64,000 nucleotides of DNA from a virus. Its lineage: Duplodnaviria > Caudoviricetes. Location of the stretch: the IMG/VR virus record IMGVR_UViG_3300023218_000062. One strand, written 5' to 3'. The translations under genes were made by a program, and so were the position numbers. Under the pieces are notes generated by a model. That model made no database searches. It worked only from the letters and a program-made list of their open reading frames with translations, and was not told the DNA's origin. Positions 1 through 9,808 of the stretch are shown here, in pieces (positions within the stretch are counted from its first letter, which is position 1; every line of letters starts with the position of its first letter).

Positions 1-232
1 TGGTGCGGTGTATGGAGAGGGCAAGCGTAAAATACTCCTTATTAATAAGAACACACCAGATAGAATTTTAATTAAAAATCTTGAACAGGATATAATTTCG
101 TTAAAGGATATTATTGATAAAGGTATTGAACCATCAGAACAAGTTCAATTGGCAGCAGTTAAAACTAATGGACGTGCTATTAAATGGATTGAAAATCCAT
201 CCGAACAAGTTCAATTATTATCAATTGAATAA
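1..232 (+). CDS. Partial (open at window edge) protein with 'NPSEQVQLAAVK'-type short repeats
   Basis: Frame is open back to base 2. Two copies of [EN]PSEQVQL; the same repeat type occurs in 28572..29792 (NPSEELQLVAVK). Confidence 0.6.
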   Translation, partial: GAVYGEGKRKILLINKNTPDRILIKNLEQDIISLKDIIDKGIEPSEQVQLAAVKTNGRAIKWIENPSEQVQLLSIE

Positions 233-261
233 TTATTTTAAGAGTGGTACTTATTATATTT

Positions 262-289
262 AAAAACCGCCTTTCATGGGCGGTTTTTT
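262..289 (+). terminator. Intrinsic terminator
   Basis: AAAAACCGCC-TTTCATG-GGCGG followed by a T-run, after the stop at 232. Confidence 0.75.
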
Positions 290-666
290 GCTATAGTTTA
301 TATTGTTTAACGAATTATTTGTTATATACTGTCACATTTTTTAAAATTAGATAATTTAGGAATTGACTTGACATCGATTCTCATTCTGTAGTATATTGAC
401 GGGTAGAAATCAGGAATAAAAGGAATTAAAAGATGATTATGGTATAAGTAATTTACTTATTACGTCTCCCGAGATGTTTAAAATTGAGGATGGATATATA
501 GTGATTGCTATTACAGATGCTTTGAGAGAAAATTATTTATTTTTTACAAGAATTTGATTCCAATAATAATGTAATTGATTTTAATGGACTCGAATATTAT
601 AGTGATGGACAGCTTAAGAGATTTAACGAATTAGAAATTCCATGGTTTGAAAAGGGTGGGTTAAAA

Positions 667-1962
667 ATGAATTCTACAGAATATTTCGAAATACTTCGTG
701 AACTAGATACTCGGCATGGTGTTTTTTATCATTTGTGGGATATGGGAAATCCTGTATTTACAGATTCAATTCCTAGCGCAGGTGTTGGATTAAATGGCGA
801 TGGTGAATGCCTAGAGTTTCTTCTTAACAAAGAATTTTGGGATAGCCAAAATTTTGAACAAAAGATTTTCATACTATGCCATGAATGCATGCACGTTGCA
901 CTTAACCATGGCTATAGACTATTTAAAAATGCGAAAAACCAAAGAGACTTTATCAAAATGAATCTGGCTACTGATGTGGTTATCAATCATACATTAGTAA
1001 ACAAATTTAACATGGATAGAAGTATTATTGACCCTGAAAACAAATATTGTTGGTTGGATACTGTATTTTTGGAAGAAGATAATATCGAACCGGACAAGAG
1101 TTCTGACTACTATTACAATAGAATGACAAATAAAAAAGCGGATGAGGCTTCTGCTTCAACTGTAGATGATCATAGTTGTATGGGAAATAGCGACTCTGAC
1201 TCAGAAGACGGGGAAAATCATTTTTCTAATATGGAAGATATACTTAAAGAGTTAAATGAACGTTTAGGCGATGAAGAAAAAGAATTTTTGAAAGACGCTA
1301 TTAAAGAGAATGAAGCTTTGGATAGTAAGAAAGGAGAAGGGAGATCTAAAGAAGCTGGAAGTTCTCCCGGTAATATTTTCCATCAAGTAGATACTAGAAA
1401 AGTAAAAAAGAAAAGAAAATGGGAAAGTGTTATAAAAAAATGGGCTAACCAGTTTCTAGTTGAAAAGGACAAGGATGATCTACAGTGGGCTAGAACCAGC
1501 CGTAGAATGCAATTGATATCCCCTGACTTATTCCTTCCAAGTGAAATGGAAGTAGAAGAAATAGAAACCGAAAAAAAGAGAATAGAGGTGTGGTTTTTTC
1601 AGGATACATCTCGGTCTTGTTCGGGTTATCGTCAAAGATTTTTTGATGCGGCCAAATCTTTGCCAGAAGATAAGTTTGACGTTAAGATGCATTGTTTTGA
1701 TACTAGGGTATATGAGACTACTACAGAATCAGGTAAATTATATGGGTTTGGTGGCACCACCTTTGATTGTATAGAAAAGTATATATCGAAACATACGAAA
1801 GATGGTGAATATCCGAAGGCAGTATTTGTGATTACAGATGGATATGGTAATACTGTGCTACCCAAAGTACCTCAAAATTGGTACTGGTTTATAACTCCGG
1901 GTGGAAGTACCTCATACGTACACGAGAAGTCTCATAGCTTTGATCTAGTCAAATTCGAATAA
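667..1962 (+). CDS. DUF2201-type metallopeptidase + VWA-like domain protein
   Basis: HECMH (HExxH) zinc motif in the N-terminal half, acidic linker, MIDAS-like FQDTSRS (DxSxS) and VITDGY in the C-terminal half. Confidence 0.8.
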   Translation: MNSTEYFEILRELDTRHGVFYHLWDMGNPVFTDSIPSAGVGLNGDGECLEFLLNKEFWDSQNFEQKIFILCHECMHVALNHGYRLFKNAKNQRDFIKMNLATDVVINHTLVNKFNMDRSIIDPENKYCWLDTVFLEEDNIEPDKSSDYYYNRMTNKKADEASASTVDDHSCMGNSDSDSEDGENHFSNMEDILKELNERLGDEEKEFLKDAIKENEALDSKKGEGRSKEAGSSPGNIFHQVDTRKVKKKRKWESVIKKWANQFLVEKDKDDLQWARTSRRMQLISPDLFLPSEMEVEEIETEKKRIEVWFFQDTSRSCSGYRQRFFDAAKSLPEDKFDVKMHCFDTRVYETTTESGKLYGFGGTTFDCIEKYISKHTKDGEYPKAVFVITDGYGNTVLPKVPQNWYWFITPGGSTSYVHEKSHSFDLVKFE

Positions 1963-2305
1963 AAGTCAGTCTTCTACGTAATCATGGGGATTAAATTTTC
2001 CAGTAGTCAAAATATTATCTATTGCACTCGAAACCTTATCGATGGTCATAGGAGAACATCTTATATTAAAATGTTCTCCTTGTGCTGTTGCTATTTGATT
2101 TTTTACATACACTTACATATGACATTTTTATTTCTCCTTGTGATTATCAATTGTTGAATGCTTTATTTGGTTGTGGTTTAACATTCATTTCTTCGGATCA
2201 TTTAAACTTGATCCGGGACGGCGTACCATACCCATCCCAATGAATATGCCAACCTTACTCCCTCCAACGCCTAGGATATCTAAGTAAAACCTTTAACTAT
2301 TTGTT

Positions 2306-2710
2306 TCATTTTTGGTTATTAATCCATAAATCAAAACTTCCAAAATTTCCATCAGAATCAGAAAGAATTTTTATTTCTTCTCCCTTGTTACGATGACTAA
2401 CCATAGTTTTAAAAGCATCATCATCGGAAACAACAAAATTGTATTTTGTAATTGATATATCACATATATCACCGCTGGGAGTAAACTCTATTTCTATGTC
2501 AAAATTGTTAGAGTGAAATTCTAGTTGTACTCCGCCATCTACAGTGGGCACCACTGACATAGAACTTAGAAATTCCGCGAGGGACTCTACGGATTCTTCG
2601 GTTACTGATGCACTACCGTAAAACTCTGGACTCCTATTGAGATCCAAAAGATACGAAAGTATATCTTTATACTGATTTGTATCTATTGTTAGCTTTCCAT
2701 TTGCGTACAT
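2306..2710 (-). CDS. Hypothetical protein
   Basis: 134-aa ORF directly downstream of and co-oriented with the RNA ligase. Confidence 0.6.
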   Translation of the reverse strand: MYANGKLTIDTNQYKDILSYLLDLNRSPEFYGSASVTEESVESLAEFLSSMSVVPTVDGGVQLEFHSNNFDIEIEFTPSGDICDISITKYNFVVSDDDAFKTMVSHRNKGEEIKILSDSDGNFGSFDLWINNQK

Positions 2711-2747
2711 AATATGTTAATCCTTTATTTTTAAGGGCGCAGATGTA

Positions 2748-3920
2748 CTACACCTCTATGTCCTCAACTACATCTAAAGTTGTTTCATATTCTTCCAAAT
2801 ACTTTTTAGCATTTTTCATGATAAAATTCTTGTAATCTATTTCCTTACCAGAATATAATCCCATAGCAATATTGAATTGATCCCGCTCCAGTTTTTGTTG
2901 TCCTTTTATAGCATAATCTTTACGCGCTAAGCTCTTGTGAGCTTCGTAAAAGCTATTAGATGCTTTCAAGAGCCGATTCATCATATGGGATACAAAAATC
3001 TCCATGTTTTCAATCTCACGGAGAGCTTGTTCGTCATCTTCGAACATTTGACGTAAATCATCAGACGCTTCTTCTAATACAACTGCCATCAATCTCTTAG
3101 GACTGGTTACAGAATCTTTGGCATGATGCAACGAAACATATTCATTAGTTTTTATCTTAACCATGGTTCCATCTTTTAAACGAATGACATATCCTTCAAT
3201 ACCTTTCATATCGGGAATTGAATTTACAAAATTTTCTACGGTAGAAAAATTTAACACTTCATCTAAATGATTTTTTACTAAAAAGGGGCTCAACCCATAT
3301 TCTTTCATCTCATCAAAAGTCATAAAAGAAAAATCTTCTCTGGATCTAACACCTAGAACAACTAAAGAACAATTTGTATATGGTAAAACTATACGATTTT
3401 TTGCAGAACAATATTCCATGTTCACAGTATAATTTTTGTTTTCCAGGATATTAATATGTTCATGTAAAGTTTTTCCAGTATCGGGATTTTTCATTTCACT
3501 GGCCAAACGATATGCTTCTTCGGCCATCATTGAAGTCAATGAGGTTTTAGATTTATATCTAACATTCATTCCATAATCTAGATAAGAAGATATCAAAGAA
3601 CCATCTTCCTTAGTAGCAATGTAATCAACGTTATCATTTGAAAAATCTAGATCCATGGTAAATGGGTTTTCGCCAAGATTGAAAAATTTGGGAAAAGGAA
3701 GTGAAACCAATTCGGGTTCCTTACCCAAAAGGAACATATGCCCTCGACATTCTAACGCATTTTCTCGTAAAAAATCGGTATATGAACCCAAACGATAAGA
3801 GAACACACGATAGGTTTTCCCGTCATGTGGGCATAATTGATCAACGTGGTAGAACGGAGATTCCTCGTCAGAAGACAATTCCATCAAGTTGTTATATAAG
3901 TTTTGTGTGATATTATTCAT
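2748..3920 (-). CDS. rnlA: T4 Rnl1-family RNA ligase
   Basis: Nucleotidyltransferase motif I ATKEDGSLI (KxDG), N-terminal LECRGHMF and SLPFPKFFNLGENP, motif IV EGYVI and motif V VKIKTNEYVSLH. Sigma70 promoter TTGATT-N17-TATAGT upstream on the minus strand. Confidence 0.92.
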   Translation of the reverse strand: MNNITQNLYNNLMELSSDEESPFYHVDQLCPHDGKTYRVFSYRLGSYTDFLRENALECRGHMFLLGKEPELVSLPFPKFFNLGENPFTMDLDFSNDNVDYIATKEDGSLISSYLDYGMNVRYKSKTSLTSMMAEEAYRLASEMKNPDTGKTLHEHINILENKNYTVNMEYCSAKNRIVLPYTNCSLVVLGVRSREDFSFMTFDEMKEYGLSPFLVKNHLDEVLNFSTVENFVNSIPDMKGIEGYVIRLKDGTMVKIKTNEYVSLHHAKDSVTSPKRLMAVVLEEASDDLRQMFEDDEQALREIENMEIFVSHMMNRLLKASNSFYEAHKSLARKDYAIKGQQKLERDQFNIAMGLYSGKEIDYKNFIMKNAKKYLEEYETTLDVVEDIEV

Positions 3921-3973
3921 AGAATGTAAACTATATCATGATTTTAGAAGATAATCAAGCATTTTTTTATATT

Positions 3974-4635
3974 TTATGATTCTCGTACAAATTGAATTAT
4001 TGACCTGTTCGACCCGTTTTCAGTTTCTAGAATTTTATATAAAGTCAATTCGGGAAACTTTCTTGCGAACTCTAGTGCATGTTCTTTCTCATGCCATTTA
4101 CTACAGTCAAAAAAATCCTTACCAGAAGAATAGCCTCCTGAAGGGTTAACTCTTACAAAATTGTCGTCTCCACCTAGAACCCATATAGGGTTTTTATTGA
4201 TTACTTTGAGCTTCATCTAGATCTTCACTCTCATCATCCAGTCGAATACCTTCTAACTCTTCAAGTTCTTCGATGATACTTCCGATATAAAATAATATTC
4301 TTTTTTGTTCCTTTATTTCATTTTTTAATGCTTCGTTTTCTTGTTCTAGGCATTCATAATCATTTTTTAGATCATTATATTTTTGCTCAAGTTCGTTGTA
4401 ATCCATAATAGGTCTCCGATATTGTGGTAATTATAGTCTAGCTTAGCTTAGCTCTAATCTCAAGCATACGTCGTTTTAATATTTTATTTTGTTCTTTTAA
4501 TGTTTTATTTTCATTTTCCAAATTCAATATTCTATCAGTACTAGCAGTACTAGAGGTGAAGTTATTGATGCTGCCTGTTGATTTCCCTAAAATTCGTGAT
4601 AACTTTTCATCTATACAGCTTTCATACTTATTCAT
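3974..4635 (-). CDS. Three small tandem hypothetical ORFs (3974-4216, 4194-4406, 4438-4635)
   Basis: Closely packed, co-oriented ORFs; two are coiled-coil-like. Confidence 0.5.
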
Positions 4636-5332
4636 AATAGAATAATAATCGTAGTCATTGATGATAGTTTTTTTCGTATGGTCGGGTCATCTATGTCATC
4701 TCTCCAAAGTAAATGATTTTTTTATTTTTTAATATAGTTGTTCTTTAATTGCTATTAGGGCATCTTTTAGTAATTTATTTTTTCTCTCTCGATCATTACT
4801 TTCATTTTCATCATTTTCATCATTCATGCTCCTGTGGGGGTATTCTTTAATCGTCTCTTCTTTTGAATCATAATACACCTCTGTCATTTTGATACCTCTC
4901 GTTTAATACATTTCAGTGCCCTGATCTTTTTATCTCTCTCAGATTGTAATAACCCTATTTTATTTTCTAAAGAATTTATTATAGTGTGCTGTAACTGTAT
5001 AATATTCTTATTTGATGCAAACTCTTTTTCGTGTGTATATCGATCTATGTTTTTAAAAAATTGTAGTAATGGCAAAATTAATTTATTTTTAACATTTGTA
5101 TCACATAAAAAATGAGTTTTATCAGGAGACTCAAATAATGAATTTATTTTATAGTTATTAATATACGGTTTAATAATATTAATATATTCTGGAGAATTCA
5201 ATCTATTATTTAAAGAATAAAATGGGGTATTAAGTGTGTCAATAACTGTCTCCATAGAAGGGGGGTCATCCATAGAATACTGTGATACATTAAGAAACGG
5301 ACTTTTTACTTCTTCTCTCCAAAGTTTCAAGG

Positions 5333-5412
5333 GTGGGTGTGGCGGAACTGGTAGACGCGCGTGACTCCAAAACAGACACGTATTATGGGTTCGAGTCCCA
5401 TCATTCACCCCA
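5333..5412 (+). tRNA. Atypical tRNA (CCA triplet, Trp-like) with an enlarged anticodon loop
   Basis: Acceptor GTGGGTG/CATTCAC, D-arm GCGG-AACTGGTAGA-CGC, T-arm ATGGG-TTCGAGT-CCCAT, 3' CCA. Anticodon arm is CGTG-(13 nt ACTCCAAAACAGA)-CACG. Confidence 0.65.
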
Positions 5413-6238
5413 TAAAACAAGACTGGTCCTCTCCTTTATAGTACTCTATTGGCGGCGCTTTTACACTGAAATCTGGTTCTTCTTCTATTTGTTGATTTTC
5501 TGCACATTCTTTAAACATATGAATATACTCTAATGCAGCGTTTAGCATATCTTCTGTCAAAGGTTCATCATTAGAAGTACTTTCACGAACAGTAGTGGCC
5601 ATAGCCATCCAGTAATGTGCATAGAGTTCATGCATTTTCTTTTGATCTTCAATTTTCATTAGTGTATCCTCTCATCCATTTTACGATACCTACAATCCAT
5701 TTCCTACCATAATCAATATGCCCATATACATTACTCTCATACCATTCAATTATATCTAGGGTAGGTTTTTTATTTTTAGGTTTTCTCTTTTTTATGCAAC
5801 TCGCCTGTAGGAATACAGGACATTTAGGTTGGGGACAAGAATAGTGTATTATTTTATATATTCTTAGTCACACTGCCCATAAACAGCTACCGCTTCATCT
5901 GGCGCTTTCTTAGGATGCTCAGGATATCTTGATTCGATTATAGGCACCTCGTCTTCTGTATATTTTCTATTTTTATTAATCATATTTACCTCTTAATGGC
6001 ATACATGATGCGTAGACCCACCTTCACAAACAAGGAAGGTCACAAACACCACCGTGATTGCAATAGGAAGTAATAGAAAGAAAATCGCTGTAAGGCATCC
6101 TAATCCGCTCATTGCACTTCCAACAATCCCATCAAAAAAACTACCAATCTCTTTGATATTTTTGAAATTATCAGACATTTTTGAATCTTCTCTATGTTGA
6201 GTATGGGTATAATATCATATTTTAAAATAAATTACAAG

Positions 6239-6315
6239 TGGTACGGGAGGTGGGATTCGAACCCACACTTTACGGATTTTAAGTCCGTTCCCTCTGCCTA
6301 TTGGGGTACTCCCGC
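6239..6315 (-). tRNA. tRNA-Leu(UAA), short variable loop
   Basis: Reverse complement GCGGGAG...ACGGA-CT-TAA-AA-TCCGT...GTGGG-TTCGAAT-CCCAC...ACCA; all arms pair. Confidence 0.93.
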
Positions 6316-6320
6316 AAAAG

Positions 6321-6893
6321 TTATTGATCTTTATCCATATTTTTGAGGTCTGGATATTTTTCTTCAAGTTCATTTCGCATTCTTACACCAAGATCATTGA
6401 TAAAGTGATCTTGTTCTTCTTTATATAATTCTCTCATTCTATCATTAGTTTCTTCTTGAAACAAGATAATTTCATCAATAGTGTTTAAAGCATTTACATG
6501 AAGTGATTTCTCAAATATGATTCTATCATATAATTTATCCATTATTGTACTAGAGTATTCATATTTTCTGAATAGTGAAATGAGTTGAAAAAATAAGAAA
6601 CCAGATAGCCCCACAAGAAAAATTTGCATAAGATCACTGGTAGAATTAATTGCAAGAAACATAAGATATCCACCACCTGCGAGATAAAATATTTCTTTCA
6701 TTCTATAGATAATCTTATGTTTGAAAATAAAATCAAATTGATTCTTATGTAAAACAGTTTGAGCAGTAACCTGTGACCATAAACTTGTTTTAACTTCGGT
6801 CAGCGTCTTAACATTAGCAACGGCTTCTCTTTTCTCATTATTGTCAAGATTTTTTCTAATTATTTCTATTAGATTCTGAACCTTATTGTCCAT
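6321..6893 (-). CDS. Hypothetical membrane protein with coiled coil
   Basis: 190 aa with two hydrophobic segments (YLAGGGYLMFLAI, IFLVGLSGFLFFQLI); AAGGTG RBS upstream. Confidence 0.65.
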   Translation of the reverse strand: MDNKVQNLIEIIRKNLDNNEKREAVANVKTLTEVKTSLWSQVTAQTVLHKNQFDFIFKHKIIYRMKEIFYLAGGGYLMFLAINSTSDLMQIFLVGLSGFLFFQLISLFRKYEYSSTIMDKLYDRIIFEKSLHVNALNTIDEIILFQEETNDRMRELYKEEQDHFINDLGVRMRNELEEKYPDLKNMDKDQ

Positions 6894-7540
6894 ATATCAC
6901 CTTTTATTAAAATATATTATATAAACTATACCATAATACGCCAAAAATTGCAACTGTAGTCAAAATTAAACAAAATTCGGGTATGTATTTTTTCATTAGG
7001 GTATCCTTTGGCTGTAGGCTCTAATTATAATTTATCATCTACAGTTAGAGCCTACAACCTAATTAAAGATACTACGGCGAGATTTCATTTCCCATATAAT
7101 CCAGAATGTATACATGAGGAGAATTCGCCATTTTTACTTCTTGTTTGTAAAAATCTAACATTTGAACAGATTCAAACATCTTGGCTTCATTAATAATTCG
7201 ATCATCCGAAATAATTCTACATGGATCAAAAGAAAAATGCGTTCCATATGAATGAAACGTGTACTTTTTAGTAGTGTTTTGTCTCTTGCGTACAATTCTT
7301 TTCATATTTAAAATCCTTTTATTTTACGATTTATATATTTAGGGTTTATATTACTCTTAAATATTGATTAAGTGTACAAGCATGGGGTGAGGCTGTCAAT
7401 TCCCTAACGTATGCGTTAGGGGTTTTCATATTCTATCCATGCAAACCCATCTTGCTTGATACATATTACGATATCATTAAACAAATTTAAAATTAGGATT
7501 CCTTTTTCATAATCTCTAAAAATAACTTCACTAGCTGGTA

Positions 7541-7816
7541 TTACAAGAAAAAATTTTCAACCTCGTTTAATGCTTTATCTTTCATAAACGCTGGTGTAAG
7601 AGTTTTGATCATTTCCTTCAATGCTTTATCTGCATCGGGTCTTGGGAGAATTATGCCATATCCTGTTCCGATACATTCGGAGCATTCCCACACATTGTAA
7701 AACATATCTTTGGGGTCTATGTCATCAATGTAGCCTGCACCATTACATTTGGCGCATTCTTTTGTTTTTAATTTATCCAGCGCTTTACTGTACTGGCATT
7801 GTTCTCTGCTAACCAT
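7541..7816 (-). CDS. Small protein with DnaJ-like CxxCxGxG motifs
   Basis: CAKCNGAG and CSECIGTG; promoter TTGCAT-N17-TACACT upstream on the minus strand (~7913-7949). Confidence 0.55.
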   Translation of the reverse strand: MVSREQCQYSKALDKLKTKECAKCNGAGYIDDIDPKDMFYNVWECSECIGTGYGIILPRPDADKALKEMIKTLTPAFMKDKALNEVENFFL

Positions 7817-7955
7817 GTATTTTCCGTTTCTAAAATGATAATCACTCGCATTTGTTAAAAACTAAAATTTAATTTACGAATACGACTAATTCGCATTAAC
7901 TCAATCGTACATTTCACCCTATAGTGTAACAGGAAAAAAAATTTATGCAAGGGGG

Positions 7956-7998
7956 TTGACATTGATTTGAATATATGATAAAGGTCCTAGGATAGGGA
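7956..7998 (+). promoter_or_regulatory. Copy of the conserved TTGACA-N17-TAAAGG-N8-TAGG(G/A)(A/T) element
   Basis: TTGACA 7956-7961, TAAAGG 7979-7984, TAGGGA 7993-7998. It is back-to-back with the leftward promoter of 7541..7816. Confidence 0.75.
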
Positions 7999-8139
7999 TT
8001 AAAAACTTTTACATTTCATTAACCTTTATGCTACACTATGTGTCCCGGCTAACCAAGGAAACATACCCTAAGTGGTATGAAATCCCGTAGGGCATAGAGT
8101 TGTTTCAAAAAAATTCGGAAGCATATTTTTAATAATTCA

Positions 8140-8168
8140 TTGACATAACGAATTTCGTAGATTATACT
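8140..8168 (+). promoter_or_regulatory. Sigma70-type promoter
   Basis: TTGACA-N17-TATACT, followed by AGGAG RBS and ATG at 8201. Confidence 0.85.
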
Positions 8169-8200
8169 ATTTATCATAAACCGTAAAATAGGAGCTAAGC

Positions 8201-8947
8201 ATGAAATTTGTCGTATATGAATCTGAGTCTGGTTGTAAGTTTCGTTGCACTGAAGCACAACAGGAGACATTGAGAAAGCTGGAAACCATTGTTAAAGGTG
8301 GTATTGGCACCGTTCATGGTTACACAATGAAATCGGGCCGTGTAAAGCCTGAAACGGCTGATATTCAGTTTCTTACTGCATTCTCTACTGAACGTCTTTA
8401 TAGGCGTCGGATTGCGGCATTGGAATCTATCAGCTATGACGATATTGCTGATAATCTTCCAGACAATCCGAAGCTGACGAAACTGACAGAAGATGAGCGC
8501 AGGGAATTGTTCAACACTCGCCGTCAAAAGGAAATTGCCAGTTATCAGAAGTCTCTTGATGGTGACCGTAGTGACGCACATCGACAAGCACATGATCGTT
8601 GCTACTGCAACATCGGTCAAGGTGTGAAGGTTCATTATCGCACCGAAAAGGATGATGATGGCATTCGCCAGCCGATTATGATTAACGGTTTGCCTGTTGT
8701 AGAATCTATCATGCTGACGATTCTCGAAATCAGGCGTAAGGTAATCGAACCGGGCGAGTACAAGACGGTCAATTCTGGCGCTCCAGTGCTTATTTCTAAT
8801 GCGATCAAGTCTACTATGAATCTTCGGTCAGTTGGTCTCAAAACCCTTTCACTGAAAGAAGATAACTTCGACAGGCTTGTACTGGACAAGACGGAGTTCC
8901 TGCCTGAACAGGTTGAAAGTATCCCGGCAGACTTGTTCATTCGGTAA
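8201..8947 (+). CDS. Hypothetical protein (early region)
   Basis: 248 aa with own promoter and RBS, visibly GC-richer codon usage; no motif recognised. Confidence 0.85.
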   Translation: MKFVVYESESGCKFRCTEAQQETLRKLETIVKGGIGTVHGYTMKSGRVKPETADIQFLTAFSTERLYRRRIAALESISYDDIADNLPDNPKLTKLTEDERRELFNTRRQKEIASYQKSLDGDRSDAHRQAHDRCYCNIGQGVKVHYRTEKDDDGIRQPIMINGLPVVESIMLTILEIRRKVIEPGEYKTVNSGAPVLISNAIKSTMNLRSVGLKTLSLKEDNFDRLVLDKTEFLPEQVESIPADLFIR

Positions 8948-8993
8948 AAGTCTGCCGGGATACTCTAAGAGTCAGTCGTTAATCGGCTGACTC
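8918..8993 (+). terminator. Double hairpin at the 3' end of 8201..8947
   Basis: Perfect 17-bp inverted repeat AGTATCCCGGCAGACTT (8918-8934) / AAGTCTGCCGGGATACT (8948-8964), then GAGTCAGTCG-TTAAT-CGGCTGACTC. Confidence 0.6.
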
Positions 8994-9595
8994 ATTTCTG
9001 AACACTTAGACTGACGGCACTCCAAAAACTTTGTATAGGACGTTGTAAATCTTATCAATGCATTGGTAAATAGCTTTCTTTAATTATAGAACATGAGGAT
9101 TAACAAATGAATGAGCGAAATACATACTCTTTGATGCATGGGCTGGAAAAACTATGATACTAGAACTCTTAAACGTACTCTCGGCAATTGCAGTAATCTT
9201 TGTTACAGGGATGATTGCAGGTGCTAAACTCATACTCAAAGTAAGGGAGAAATAAATAAAATTGAATCAATGTCAATACGGTATTTTGGTTGAAAGTGAT
9301 TATGGTGGAGTAGGTATGGTTGTTGGAATCACGAATAATGCAAGAGGCGTAGAGCTTTCTGTATGCAAGAAAAAATTCATACAATTCCAATAGTTCAATG
9401 GTCTTGTGGAGAAACTTCCAGTATTCATCGCGAAAAAATAAAGAAACTCTAATATTCTCTCGAAAAAAGGGATAAGATAATTCTTATCCCTACCGTAGAG
9501 CCTTTATCATGTATTTTAAATAATGTCAAGAGTTTTTTTAATTGGTTTGTTGAGTATCCTATGGTAATATGTCAAGAGTTTTAATAAAGAAATCA

Positions 9596-9766
9596 ATGAT
9601 GAAAAAGATTTTTGTACTAGTGTGTGTTCTACTTATTGCCGGATGCGTTGAAGATTCCGGTCCAGAAGCATACGATGCCGTTGTGTGTAGCTGTATAAAA
9701 CAAGGCAAAGTCATGTACGTACATAAAACGTTTAGTTTTGTTACCGTTGAATGTGTGGACCCATAA
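9596..9766 (+). CDS. Small predicted lipoprotein
   Basis: MMKKIFVLVCVLLIAG-C: basic N-terminus, hydrophobic core and lipobox LIAGC. Confidence 0.55.
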   Translation: MMKKIFVLVCVLLIAGCVEDSGPEAYDAVVCSCIKQGKVMYVHKTFSFVTVECVDP

Positions 9767-9808
9767 AAAACAGTTGACAATTGTTTTCTCATATGCGATA
9801 CTACCACT

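Noticed and set aside
4884-5420. 178-aa ORF as listed
   Set aside because: The N-terminal part is the antisense of the tRNA at 5333-5412; any real gene would start near ATG 5273.
5417-5431. 15-nt match ACAAGACTGGTCCTC with 11735-11749
   Set aside because: A single 15-mer match is expected by chance in a window this size, and the flanks do not align.
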